From: Vicugna vicugna
Taxonomy: Eukaryota
Length of the DNA stretch: 64,000 nt
Reading direction: 5' to 3'
Assembly: GCA_013265495.1 (NCBI GenBank)
Contig: MU058065.1
Span: forward strand, 5,182,976-5,246,975
The position numbers and the translations under genes are program-made. This document shows positions 9,939 through 23,200 of this stretch, in pieces; positions within the stretch are counted from its first letter, which is position 1; each line of letters begins with the position of its first letter. The notes under the pieces are model-generated. The model was given only the letters and a program-made list of their open reading frames with translations, ran no database searches and was not told where the DNA came from.

Positions 9939-11475
9939 AACGCAGTGGGGATGTTAGAACTGGAGGCTGCAGGGGGGAAGTGTTTTTTCCCTTCTTCTCG
10001 GCTAGGTTATTTGGCTGGTCTAATAGTTCAACTGACATAATTCAGATGCCATACATGTCTAAAATTCTATGCATGCAAAATTTTTCTGCCTATACATTCC
10101 ACTAAGTTCATGTATTTTTCTTCTCTTGTATTGCCCACAACATTATCCAGCTCAGGGACTGGCCACTTGTAGGTGTCGTGTACACATCACTGATCTGAAC
10201 ACAAATGGACACAGAGCAGAAAGGACAGCACAGGAAGCCGGCAGAGCTTCTGTCCCTCCAGGGATTTGGCTGGAAGGCCAGGACGCACACCTGTGGTTCC
10301 TGCCTGTGCCTCCGCAAACAAGAACTTGCCCATCTGACCTACAATACTTGCTCAGATACCTACGATGTTCACCGGCCTCCCTCCCGACCTCTCTAGCCAA
10401 CCCTCCCCATTGCTGCAGAATCCAGTCATTTGGTCTGTGAAGTAAAAATGAAAACTGTCTCTTTGCCGCAGAGAAGCCAAGTCCTCTCTCTTCAGTGGGA
10501 AATGCAGGCCCCTTGCCTTGGGCCTGCATCCAGTCACTATGCTGACGGGTGCAGAGACACCAGCTCAGTAACTGGAAGCAGCCGTGCACGGTCTGATTAG
10601 AAGAGGGTGCCTGATTACATCCTAAGCAGGAGAGAGCTCTTCTGTGCCCAGGAAGTAGACAAAGTTCCAATGCCCTCCTTATGATGAGACCATCTGATCA
10701 CTGGTAGAGAGGAGCCCCCTGGGCCCTCAGCTGACAGCTGCTGTCAGCCCCCAAGGCAATTTCTAAGCCTGCAGACTACAGGTTCCCTGACCATTAGCAT
10801 GCTTGGTTGGAGTGGGAGCCAAAACAAGACACACAGAAAAGAAAGAGCAAAATGTTTCCTTAGTCAATCACAGTCACTGACACTAAATCACAAATTTCCT
10901 TACTCAACTGAAATATCTCTGCAGTACCAGTTGCACAAACATGCAAAGTGTGTCACAAAAAGAAGCCACCTGACTAGTTGTCTGGCTCCAAAGAACTCCA
11001 AGAAACAGTGTATCTTCTAAATCACTGATTTATTAATTAATTCATCAATCATCTACTCAAAAGCAAACAAGGAGTGAGTACCCAGTGTGCTCCAGGCACA
11101 TGTATCTCCCCTAAACACCTCAGGTTCTTTAATAAATCTGCATGGATCTGTTATCCTTTAAGTTAATATTTTTTAACTTTTGAAAAATGTTTCCCTGGGT
11201 GGAAAGAGCTTAGGCCTTGGGATTACATAGACTTATAATTTTATTTCAATTTTTTTTTTCATTTTAAGCACTGTTTTGTTTTCAGCCATTCTCCAACTCT
11301 ATGACATTTATTCACTGCCAGCCTCTATAAGGTTCAGTTTCCTTAAGCAACCCCGTGAGCTGGCAGAATTATCACTTTACATCTTAGCATTGAGATTAAG
11401 TTAGATCATATGCGAAAAGCCTACATAATACTTTATACCCAGGAAAGTACTCAATTAATGGAGGCTTTTGTTTTA

Positions 11476-11776
11476 TTTTATTTTATTTTTAAAAGTTTTT
11501 AAATTGAAGTACAGTCAGTTACAATGTATCAATTTCTGCTGTGCAGCACAATGTCCCAGGCATGTATGTGTATGTGTACACATTCATTTTCATATTCAAA
11601 GGTTATTACAAGATATTGAATATAGTTCCCTGTGCTATACAGAAGAAATTTGGTTTTTTTTAATCTATTTTTATATATAGTAGCTAACATTTGAAAATCT
11701 CAAAACTCCCAAATTTATCCCTTCCTACCCCCTTTTCCCAGTAACCATGATTGTCTACTATGTCTGCGAGTCTGTT
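11476..11776 (-). mobile_element. Short L1 3' end with TSD
   Basis: T-rich tail then aattgaagtacagtcagttacaatgt...tatagttccctgtgctatacag; TSD gaggcttt(tg/ga)tttta at 11461-11475 and 11777-11791. Confidence 0.9.
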
Positions 11777-13119
11777 GAGGCTTTGATTTTAATCCATTAC
11801 ATTACTAAACATTATTTTTAAAATTGGCTCCCCCCATCACAAAGGAAGAATCAGTCAAAATTTCTTTAAATGTGTATGTTAATAAAGTATTGGTATCCAC
11901 CTGTTTCACTGAAAGCAGAGTATTTGTGAAGTTTCAACAGAAGCTGTGTAAAATGGGCATGCAGAGCAGAGATGTTTGATTCTACTTTCTATTTTATGAT
12001 TGTTAGCATTTACATATTAGAGAAAATAATACAATGTAACATAAAGAAGCACTTGACGCTGAGAAAAAATACTTAAAAATAAGAGTAATGGGTAAATAAT
12101 TTAAAGATTTCAAGAGAATATCACTGAAAATATGGAAGTAATGAAGACTATATACATAACACATTTTTAAGGTACAGGAATTAAAAGTTGCAATAAAAGA
12201 CTCATGAAATCTAGCAGAATTACAACATAAAGAGAACACGATATAGACAATCAAGAACCAAATTACTGAAGTATAAAGATTGTTTAAAAAAAAAGTGTCT
12301 TTCATTTTCACTATTAGAAAAAGCCAAAAACAAAAACACCAAGGATCAGAAATAAAAACCTAATCTAAAAATCACCACTTGAGTCCTATCAAGGAGAACT
12401 TAAAATAAATTTTCAAGGAAAAACATGTACTTTTTTAAAAAGTTTCTTGAACAACAAATCACACACTGATTTCAGATTTGATGTGATGGTATAACAGTGC
12501 ATGAGATGAGATGAGATCCTTCTTCTAATCCTCTATTTCTCCAGCTTTTAAATTCCTGTGCAAAATTAAAGTCAGCTATCGATTTCTCCCACTTGTTCAG
12601 CTCTCCGTGGGATGGCTGGCATACATGTGTAAAATGCAAATGAAAGCAGCTTCAGTGTCTTTAAATTTTTCAGACACAGATGTATTTTCTGTTATTCAAA
12701 GCAATTTCCTGTTGCCTTTTCTATCACATGTAGATTTCAATGTGGTATTCAGAGTGTCTTCACTATGAATTAAAAACCCGTATCTGCCTTTTTCCATACA
12801 AAAAGCAGGTGCTGATATGAAAACATATCTGATAAGGAGTGTCCTGGGATAAAGTCCCTAGTTGGCCCTCTGCGGGGTTTAAACATGATAGACGGTCTTT
12901 AAAGTATGTATTAGTTGATATTTTTGCTTTTCTTTTTAAGTTATTTTGGTTGCAACTAACAGAAAGTGAATGTTTTTAAAAGATTAAGTAATGATCTTAA
13001 AAATTTCAAGGAAGAGGTGAACAAATAAGACTAAGAAAAGCTGGGAAATAGTGCTATTATAGGGACCATCTAGAAGAGTTCAGGAGTTTTCTCTCTGAAA
13101 AATATATTCCAATATGGAT

Positions 13120-13300
13120 AAAGGTTAATTCCTAGAGTGGGTGGAAACCAAAAAATCTTATTCTTTTATATATAAAGTACAGTTATACATAAAATATTTA
13201 CACAGATATACAGTTTACTTGTGGTATTAAAATTTCACAGGGGTGGGAGTCATTGGGGGAACTGTCTAAAAAAGCCCCTTAAAAGGTGGAGAAACATTCA
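13120..13300. mobile_element. MER113-like hAT fragment
   Basis: cacagatatacag...gtggtattaaaatttca...tgtctaaaaaagcccctta...ggtggagaaaca. Confidence 0.55.
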
Positions 13301-13617
13301 TCGCTCTAGTACATCTATCAGTATGGAGGGTCAACTCAAGCATTTCCACTTTCTGTGATTCTCAGTTTTCCATTCTGAGTCTAATCAGCCCTAAGCAGAG
13401 GGTCAGGGTCATGTATTAGAGCTCATTGTTGGGGACCCATTCCTCTGTTCCAAAGGCAATTTGAGAAGAAAACAGAATTGGGGGAGCTGAGCAGGCACTC
13501 CAAGAGGTGTCTAATGGCAAATTTGGGTCCTCCATACTCTTTCCTGCATCCTTCTCCAGGATGCTGCCTCTAATGATCATGTCTTCCCCTCCTTCCTTTT
13601 AACTAAGGTTTACTTCC

Positions 13618-14125
13618 CACTAGAGATTGAAATGTTTGTGTCCCTCCAAAGTCTTTATGTTGAAATCTAACCCCCAATGTGATAGTGTTTGGAGGTGGAC
13701 CCTTTCGATGGCAATTAGGCAACTGAAGGTGGAGCCCTCAGGAATGGCATGAGTGCCCTTATAAGGGACTGGAGAGACCTGAATTTTCCCCTTTCATCAT
13801 GTGAGGACACAGACAGAAGCTGGCCATGCATGAACCAAGAAGCAAGATCTCCCAGACACTAAATCCCCAGGCACCTTGATCTTGGACGTCCCAGTCTCCA
13901 GAGCCGTGAGACATTCATTTGTGTTGTTTATAAGCCACCCAGTCTGTGATGTTTTTGTTACAGCAGTCCAAACTGACTGCGACAGAAATCGGTACTGAGA
14001 AGTAGGGGTGCTGCTGCAACAAGCACCTAGAAATGCAGTAGTGGTTTTGGAATTGGGTAGTGGGTAGGGGCTGCAAGAGTTTTGAGATGCAGGCTAGAAA
14101 GTGTCTACGTGAATGGACTAAGACA
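13618..14125 (+). mobile_element. MLT1A-family MaLR: full LTR + start of internal region + LTR 3' tip
   Basis: LTR ends ...gactgcgaca at 13984; internal gaaatcggtactgagaagtaggggtgctgct follows; element ends tgaatggactaagaca. Confidence 0.85.
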
Positions 14126-14549
14126 CCTGCCCTTCAGGTCCCTGGCCAAGGTCCCTCTCCTTTACAAAGTCTTCTCTGGCCCACAGTGAGCTTTCCTCAG
14201 ATTCCCTGAGACTCACCATTGGGGTCACACACTTGTCCATTGGAATACATAAGCCTTCATTGTCATTTACTTTTGCAAAGGATATGACCCCAGTGAACTA
14301 ACAGTGGTGAACGTGTATTGTAAACCTCATCCAGGAAGATTCACTCCAAGTTAAGATCCCTTGGTCTACAGTTTAGGTTTCCATAGGAGACCATAGCAGT
14401 CACTGTAAACTTTGTCTTTACACCTGAAGAATCAAATTTTTTTTCTAGCTAACTCAGATATTGACATGCAGCATATCCAGAGAACACCTTAACTCAGGAC
14501 TTCGAAAGGAAAAAACAAAACAAACTTTCAGGAGTTTTTCAATTTCACT

Positions 14550-15920
14550 AGTATAGTCAAAGAACCCATTTTTGGTTTGTTGATTCTATTGTGGGTTTTT
14601 GGGGTTTTTTTGTATTTCATTAATTTCTGATCTTATCTGTATTATTTCCTTCCTTCTACTGTCTTTCCTTTTAATTTGCTTGGTTTTTTTTTCTTTAGTT
14701 TCCTGAGATGTAAGATAAGATCTTTGATTATCAGCCTTTCCTCTTTTCAGACATTTTCAATTAAGGGCATATATTTTCCTCAAAGCACTTCTTTAGTTTT
14801 ACTTTACAAATTTTATTATGTTGTATTTTCATTAGCATTCAGTGAAAAAATGTTTTTAATTTTTATTGTGATTTCTTCTTTGACCCATGGGTTATTTTAA
14901 AAAATGTATTGCTTAATTTATAAACATTTGAGGAGTTCCTAATTATGTTTTTGCATTTATTTCTAGCTCAATTCCACTATGGTAGGAGAATATACTACAC
15001 ATAGTTTCAATCTTTTGAAATTTTTGAGACTTGTTTTATGACCTGGTATGGGTCTACATTGATAAACAAATGTTGTGGGTATACTTGAAAGGAATTTATT
15101 TATACAGTTGTTGAGTGTAGAGTTTTATACATTTTAATAAGGTCAAGTTGGTAGATAAAATAACTCTTCTATATTCTCACATTTTTAAAATTAAAGTATA
15201 GTTAGTTTACAATGTTGAGTCAATTTCTGGTGTACAGCATAATGTTTCAGTCATATGTATATATTCCTTTTCATATTTTTTCATTATAGCTTACTACAAG
15301 ATATTTAATATAGTTCTCTGTGCTGTACAGAAGAAACTTGTTCTTTATCTATTTTACACACACTATTTGCAAATCTCAAACTCCCAATTTATCCCTTTCC
15401 ACACCCTTTCCCCTCATAACCATAAAATTGTTTACTATGCCTATGAGTCTGTTTCTGTTCTGTAGATAAATTCATTAGTGTCTTCTTTTTCCTTTTTTTA
15501 GATTCCACATATTCTCACATATTTTTTGTCCGCAGATTCTAACAGTTTTTTTAGAGTAAGTTGTATTAGAATAACTGCTTCTTCTAACAGTTTTGGCTGC
15601 TTATTATAACAAACACAATTAATTGTAGCTCTGGCAATATCCCCTTCTCCTTCAGCTATATTTTGCTTTATATTTTGCAAGTTTAAGTTACTTGGTTATT
15701 ATTATGCATCTATTGAATTACCCCCTTAAACATTACTGAATGTTCCCATTTGTCTCCTGTAATACTTCTTCCCTTAACATCTATTTTGTCTGAGTCCATA
15801 TAGATATACCAGCTTACTTTCAGTTAGTGTTAGTGTGGAGTATCTTCTTCCAATATTTTACCTTCATCCTTTCAATGTCCTTATACTAGTTTAAGTATGA
15901 CCCTTGTGAACAGCATATAA
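14550..15920 (-). mobile_element. Old L1 (L1M) ORF2-region fragment interrupted by a younger L1
   Basis: T-rich tttattatgttgtattttcatt...gatttcttctttgacccatgggttatt...gaaatttttgagacttgttttatgacct. Confidence 0.8.
15183..15508 (-). mobile_element. Short L1 3' end nested in the older L1
   Basis: Same family as 11476-11776; TSD atattctcacat at 15171-15182 and 15509-15520. Confidence 0.9.
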
Positions 15921-17499
15921 TGCAGCCTGGTAGGATGGATGCCAGGAGTTACAATTAAGCCAATTTAAAGAAAGATTTTAAAGAGGTAGATTTCCTGCAC
16001 ACCTGAGCTTATGAAAAAAAATCCATATTCACTGTACCTACACATAGGTGTTGGGAGGGGGGTCTGTGTGTGTGTGGTGAGTACCTGGCCCCAAAACAAG
16101 GAACTTGGGACTAATTATAGCAGCAAAGTGGTTAAGAACACAGCCTACCTCCTGGCCCTTCTAGCTTCTTGCCTGCCATGGTCAGGACAGCTGCTTCACA
16201 AGCTACTTGTTAAGACCAGAGAAAGCTGTAGCCCTGAGTACAGGGATGGGGGGGAAAGGAAGATAGATGTCTCCAAAACTAGAGAAACCCGTTTGCCTAA
16301 AACAATGTGCACACAGGAGTAAAGAAATATAGAGAGAAGGAGCAAGAGGCCCTGATGCCAGTTTCTTAATAAGAAAAAATTGCTTATACTCCCAGAGCGC
16401 AGAATCTTTCCTTTATAAATCTCCCATTGGACTCTCACGTTAGATTTTAAACGCAAGGGGATTCCATTCACAGTTATTACAATGTGCATAGTGCAACCTG
16501 GAATCAGACTCTGCACTTCTCTTTCATTTCCCATGCCATCTCTAGGGTGACCAAACCTCTTGAAATAAATGTTACATCAATGTTCAGAAAAATCCTTCTT
16601 CCTCAAGATGTGACTTGATGTAGAAACCACCAGAAGGTGAAAATGGTTTAGTCACATCCCACTTAGTTCAAATAACCTAGAGAGGCCACGAAGCTAAACA
16701 GTGGCAGGCCACAGGCCACAATCTTTTTTTTTTTTGTATGATAACAAAAAAGACCAGACCTATCCATATAGAGTTGATTTGTCAAAACATTACACCAAAA
16801 AATACTTGAAGGCAATAAGTATGTCAGTGCAGCTGTATGGTTAAATGTTATAACCTCTGAAGTCAAGAAATTCAAATTTATAGTTGCCACATTAAGCATG
16901 GATGTTAAAGCATTAAAGTTAACACCATATACAGTCATATAAAATATTGCATGTGCAAAGGGTCTGAGTTACGTTCATACTGGGAACCATAATTTAGAAT
17001 TTCCTGACTTCTGAACATGTAACACATCATAGTAATTGGTCTAGCTCCTTGGAGCTAATATAAAATATCTTGTTAACATGTTTTCTATCCAATTCTTTCA
17101 TCATTTAGCTTTTGGCTCTTGGAGAAACAATTCATCATGCTCAAATCTTTTCCCACACCTGCACCAAGCTAATATAGCAATGGAAAAGCCAATGCACCCA
17201 GGACTGAGTGAAAAGATTTGTAAATCTTGTAGGAAGGTTGTTAGTGTGGACATTTAGCCTGGATCATGCAAGATGACACTCTGCCTTGGCATTCAGAGTG
17301 TTGTTTGCTTCGCCTTGTCACAGTGACAACCTCACATTCTGATGGAGACTGTGGGGTACAGGATATCAAGGTAGCTTATGTACGCAGAATAGCTATAGGC
17401 TGTTAATTCATGAAGCTGATGTAGAAGAGAAAGGTAGGAGGGCCTGCTCTGTGATGGAACATGACATGTTAGTTTCCTGGCATGGCAAGAGAATCACAC

Positions 17500-17865
17500 A
17501 AAAATGGACTGAATGTTTGTGTCCCCCTGAAATCCAAATGTTGAAATCCTAACCCCTGATGTCATGGTATTAAGAAGTGAGCCTTTGGGAGGTACTTAGG
17601 TCATGAGGGTGGAGCCCTCCTAAATGGGATTAGTGCCCTTATAAAAGGGACCCCAGACAGCCCTCTGGCCCTCCTTCTGCATGTGAGGATACAGAGAGAG
17701 GGCAGCAGTCTGCCACCTGAAAGAGGCTCCCTCATCAGAACCTGACCATGCTGGCACCCTGATCTCAGACTTCCAGACTCCAGAACTGTGAGGAAAAAAA
17801 TTCTGTTGTTCATAAATCAGCCAATCTATGATACTTTGTTATAGCAGCCTGAACATACCAAGACA
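17500..17865 (+). mobile_element. MLT1A0-like solo LTR
   Basis: atggactgaatgtttgtgtcccc...gggattagtgcccttataaaag...tttgttatagcagcctgaac...aagaca. Confidence 0.9.
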
Positions 17866-18114
17866 CACAATCTCTAAGGCAATTCTCTGCCAAGGGCTGG
17901 GGCTCTGTGTACCTCCCCTTCGACCAAGCCCCGTCTTTATTCTCATTTGACTGAGTCTCAGACTCACTAGATCCTAACCCACTTGTCAGTGCTTTGCTCC
18001 TGCAGCCTTGCTCCGGACCAAGTGAAGAAAACCAGTAGCCGACAATTCCAAAGATATTACCATATTCCAGGCGCTGCTTAAAGCACCTTAGAAACCTTGA
18101 CTCACCGAACCTGG

Positions 18115-18308
18115 TAGAGAAGACACTGGCAAGCCCTGGTCCGTGGGCCATATCCAGACTGCCACCTCTTGTGATAAACGCATCCGCTTAAATGTTATCT
18201 CTGGCTGCTTTCACACGATAATAGTAAAGCTGGATAGTTGCAGCATTGATGGCTAGCAAAGCCGGAAATACATACTACCTGGTGTTTATAGAAAGTCTGC
18301 CCCCCTTG
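18115..18308. mobile_element. MER58A-like hAT MITE
   Basis: ccgtgggccatatccag...ggctgctttcacac...agcaaagccggaaata. Confidence 0.7.
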
Positions 18309-18996
18309 CAGTGGAGAATTTCCCTCTATGTGATCAGCAAACCTGATTCTCCGAGTCACACATGAGAAAGTTAGAATCATTATTAATGGAATTCTTGGTT
18401 TGGGGAAGTGGGGTGGGGGGAGTTTAAATAAGAGCTCAGTTATCCACACCTCATATTTATGCACTAAGACATGCTATTCATCATTGTATAGTCAGGACTG
18501 GGGATCCTTCCCAGGACAAGTCCTAGTGACCTACTTTCATCTTTTGACATGTTTTTGTCACTCATTTGACCTTGCCATGAATTTACTCCTTGCCATTTTC
18601 AACCACAAATTCAGTAGTGGCTGCTAGCAGACCGAACAGAGGAGGAGGACAAAGACATACTAGCAGGCAGGCTTGTTTAACGTAGTCTGTTTGCAACTAA
18701 AGGGAAGGGCTTGTATGTATCTCATAAATCTCCATGGACGAAAGGCTCGCGTACCCTCCTTCCAAAAAGGAACATGTGCTTTTCTGGAACGAAGAGAAGG
18801 GAGCTTCCCTTGGCCCCTCTCAGCATCTCCCCCTTTGTCCAGAAGCTACTCCCTGGGACAGCCACAGGGCCATCCCACAAGCACTGATGGGCCAGGTCGT
18901 CACATTGCCAAAACATCTGGGATGAAAAATGCATTTAATCATTCCAATTATTTTCCCCTGAAGCCATGCCAAACATCTGTGTAACTAGAAACAGCT

Positions 18997-19383
18997 GTGT
19001 ATCACTTTGGGGCTGCCATAACAAACACCCTAGACTGGGGGTCTTAAACAACAGAAACATGTTATCTCAGAGCTCTGAAGGCTGGAGTCCTAGATCAGGG
19101 TGCCAGCATGGTTGGGTCCAGGTGAGAACTACCTTCCTTGCTTGCAAATGGCAGCTTTCTTGCTGTATCTTCATGTGGCAGGGAAGGAGAGAGAGAGAGA
19201 AAGAAAGAAAGAGAAAGCATGCCGTGCTGTCTCTACTTATATGAGCACTCATCCTATTAAGAGGATCCTACCTTCATGAGCTCATCTGAACCTGATTATT
19301 TTCCAAAGTCCTCAGCTCCAATCACACAAAGAATTAGGGCTTCAACAGATGAATTTTGAGGGGACCCAATTCAGTCCATAGCA
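18997..19383 (-). mobile_element. MLT1A/A0-like solo LTR
   Basis: ggggctgccataacaaacacc...cttaaacaacagaaa...attcagtccatagca. Confidence 0.9.
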
Positions 19384-19749
19384 AGATTTACCTCTAGCAT
19401 TAAGTAGGTCAGATCTTGGGTGTCCATGGGGGATGCCCTGGGCAAAGGTTCAGTGAATCACAGCACCAGAAACTCCATGCCCCTGTTCATTCCTAGTGCC
19501 CACTGCCGCACAACTCATCTTCCAATGATGCCCTCTGAGGGGGCCACACTGGGGCAGTTCCCGTGTTGGTGCCATAGGCTTTGGCATTTGAGAGCTTGCT
19601 CTGGGCTCAGCACAAATCCAGACTGGCTGAGTCAGGATGGAAACATTCCAGATACTTCCTGGCATTCAGGTGGCAGAGACTTGGGAAACATGCAGCTGGG
19701 AATTCCAGAGCGAAGCAGGGTCACATGACTAAATAGAAACCAGCACAGC

Positions 19750-20243
19750 TGTATCATTAATGTTGAGTAACAAACCGCTCCCAAAACTTGTTGGCTGAAA
19801 ACTGAGCATTTAGCATTGCCCAGTCAGGCAACTGAACTGACCTGGGGCAGACGTAGCTGACTTCCTCTGGGCTGGTTCATAGGTCTCCAGCCAGATGGCA
19901 GGTGGGGAGATGGCCACAGTCTAGGATAGCCTCAGTTACAGGTCTGACAGTTGTCTAGTCATCATCTGGGGTGACTGCATCTTCCACAGCTAGCCCGGGG
20001 CAATTTTCAAGATGTTTGCAAGAAAGACTGGAAGCACCTAAGCCTTCGGAGGCTTAAGTTTGGTCCTGGCCCACTGATACTTAGGCCACTTCTATTAGCC
20101 AAAACCAGCCCCAGGGCCAGTTCAAATTACAGCAGTGTGGAAGCGAACTCCACATCTCACTGGGAGGAGCAGTGAAGTTGCATAGGAAATCATATAGCTA
20201 CAGGAAGGGGTGAAGAAGTATGGCCGTTTCTGGAATCTACCAT
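19750..20243 (-). mobile_element. Older MLT1 (H/I/J-like) LTR
   Basis: gtaacaaaccgctcccaaaactt...ttctattagccaaaacc...actccacatctcactgggaggagc. Confidence 0.6.
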
Positions 20244-23200
20244 CAGAGTAGAATCTGGGGAAGACTGGTCACTCAATAATGAATGTGTTCCAGATAATTA
20301 TTCACTTCTTTTCCTCCATTCGCTGCCTTTTCCTCTCTAGGAAATGAACATGAAATGGAACACGGAGTAGAAAAGAAAACAGGAGCCTAGGAGACCATGA
20401 GCTGGAAGGTTTGAGTCTTGCCTGTTACCCTGACATCAATAAATTGTGTCATGTTGAGTCAATCACTTTCCTCCTTTGAATCACTGACTTCTCATCCAGA
20501 AAAGATGTATCTTATCTTAATCTTAAAGCATCTTATCACCTGGAGGTCCTGTATTCAAATCAGATCCTTCCCAGCAGACCTTCCTAATTGGTCACTTACT
20601 TAAAGTGTGTGTCTTTACAGAACAGGTGTCTTCTCTAGTACCTGGAATCGTGCCTTATTCAGACAGACACTGAAAAATCATTGATTGACTTATGCTAGGT
20701 CTGCTTCTACCACTGAGTCCATGTGATTGAAACAATTAGAATTCTTACAGACAACCCTGACCGGGAGATTTGGTGGATATGACTTTCTTCTGTATCTCTT
20801 CTACCTGCATCCACACCAGCAGGACAAGAGTCTCTCTATTCATTCAGCCCAGAGGATGAAGGATGAGGTCCTGGGAAGGGAGAGTGTACCCTGTACCCTG
20901 TCTCACCCTCTTCTCAGGACTTAGGCTGACCCCTCTGTGTCTCCATTTTCTCTCTTTTGACTTGTGAAAAACATCTTGGTAGACAAGGGACATATTGTTC
21001 AGAGTATAATTATTATACTAAATTTCCAAACTAAAGACGTGTGTGAGAAGTACAACCTCCTCCCTTGAAAGTATGAGCATTTGCTATAAGACATTTGCCC
21101 AAACGGACAATACACACAATCTTACCCTTCCTAAAAGTATAAACTTCTTCAGATCAACTCCCAAACTTCCTAAAGCCTTCATTCTCTAACCCCCACTGCT
21201 GTACCTGGCACATAATACTTTCTCATTAAAAACTTTATGAATTTAAGTCTATTTAGGGGCCGGGAGGATAAATTTACTTACTACATTAAGATTGTGTTTG
21301 CATGTTGCCAAAATATCTCATTGAAAAATGAAAATTCCGATCATTCTGATGCCAAATTTTGCCACACATTCAGACATCTGGGAAGCATTTGGAGCGTTTT
21401 TCTTTCCCTCTGAATGTTTTGGTGTCCTGTAGAGGCAAGCCTCAGGAAGCGGCTGTGGGTGTTTGTGGTGAGGGGAGTGTACAATGTGGGAGGTAGTATT
21501 TTCCAAGTGGGTCTGGGAGAGGTTGCTGGTAGACTCAGATTGGAAACTGGTTCACTCCTCTGTGCTGATTGCCATGTCAATTTGTGCTAGCTTTTTTTTT
21601 TAAGTCACAATAAGGCCATCAATAGCAAAAGTCACCACAATGTCCATTTCCCTTGAGTCAACAATCACACTAATAATTCAACAGGACATCAAATTTAAGA
21701 AAATCATCCTACAGCAACTCAGTGGAAGAGTAATCATCTATTAAAAATAAAACACGAGGACTTTGAGGCCATGTGGGAAGATAGTAAGTGGTTAACTAGA
21801 AAAAAATCAGAAGATAAAACATCATCCTATACATTAATAATACAAATAGGTAAAATGCAAGTGACTAATGGGTGTCATCCTAGAGGAATACATTTGGTTC
21901 AGTTCTCCCCTGCATTGCTCATAGGTACTGACCTCTCTCCACTAGCACTGTAACTTCATTTGTGGGCAGTTTCATATGGTTCTTGTGTTTTTCCTTTAAA
22001 TCCAAGTTGTTTATTAATTCATTTATTCAATATTGATTGTGAGCTTGCTCCGAGCCAGGCACTAGCTCATAACGCCTCTTTGAAGGGCTTTCACAGCCTA
22101 ATGGGGCCAGGAGACATGCCAATAAATAATTCTTAGATGTAAATTTAGTATTTTTATCTAATTATTTTTGGATTTTTTTTTATTTGACAAAAATGTTACA
22201 GATCTTTTCACACTCCTGGATGGCCTGCCACTTGTGTAGTGCCAGCTCTAATCTCCCTAGAAAGAGCAAGACAGAGGGGAACATCTGAAACGAGAGGGCA
22301 GCAAAGGACTGTAGAGACCAGAGTCTTTTCCCAAGGGACAGTCCTTTTGGCTACACACTTCCTGAAATGATTCCCTGCCACTCAGAACCATCAAAGCAAG
22401 AAAGATACCTTCAAACCATGCATCTGTTGACATACGTATTTTTTCAAATTATAAATCCAAAAAGCTAATTTCACTGTCCCCCGAAAATTGTATCTGAGCC
22501 GTTTGGATTCTTTCACCACCCTATCCCAACCAAACAATTCTTTTTTTTTTCCCTCCATTTTGTAGTTTATATAAGAAAACTGGATTGGTGTGCTTGTTCC
22601 TTTTCCAAATTAAACTGGATATATTTCCTAAGTTAACTTTTATAATACAAAAATCATTAGGACACACTGCCCCACCCTATCATCCTGTCTTTCCTTAACA
22701 ATTAGAAGTCCTAGAGAACTCAGAGACCCCAGATTTATACTTAGGGAGACGACAGCCTGCTACGTCTGGAGACTGCAAGGTCCCCATGGCTGGAGACGGC
22801 AGGGGATTAATGAGAATTGGCTCTCAAGGGGGCTGACAGGTCTATAAGCTGACCACAGGCATCCGAGTCACATCTTCCCCTAGTTCCCCAGATGTCACTG
22901 ATAACTGAGCACATCCCAAGTTGACTTGGATGGTCCCATTTTAGTCCATGATAGAAAAATTACATAACAAGAGTGTTGCCATTTGAGGAATGGAAAAGTC
23001 ATTTAAGGACAAAAAAAGAGGTAAAAAGAACTTGTGAGTAATCAATATATCACGGGTGAGAAAAAAATTGGCACATTTCAACGTGGAAAACAAAACAGTA
23101 TTGAAGAAAACTAGAATTTTCCGTAACTTCAATGGCAAGTCATTTTCCAAATGTGTGCTCTTTTAAATGATTAAGTTTTTTTCACAATTCAGAATAAAAG

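Noticed and set aside
10152..10670. 172-aa ORF and other long ORF-track entries (e.g. 28475-28942, 38551-38967, 43609-44001)
   Set aside because: No recognisable domains or supporting splice structure; many start at non-ATG codons or overlap repeats.
12781..12890. Run of small hairpins with ANANNA and ACA (H/ACA-like), and loose U2-like words
   Set aside because: Hairpins are too short, lack pseudouridylation pockets, and show no extended match to U2.
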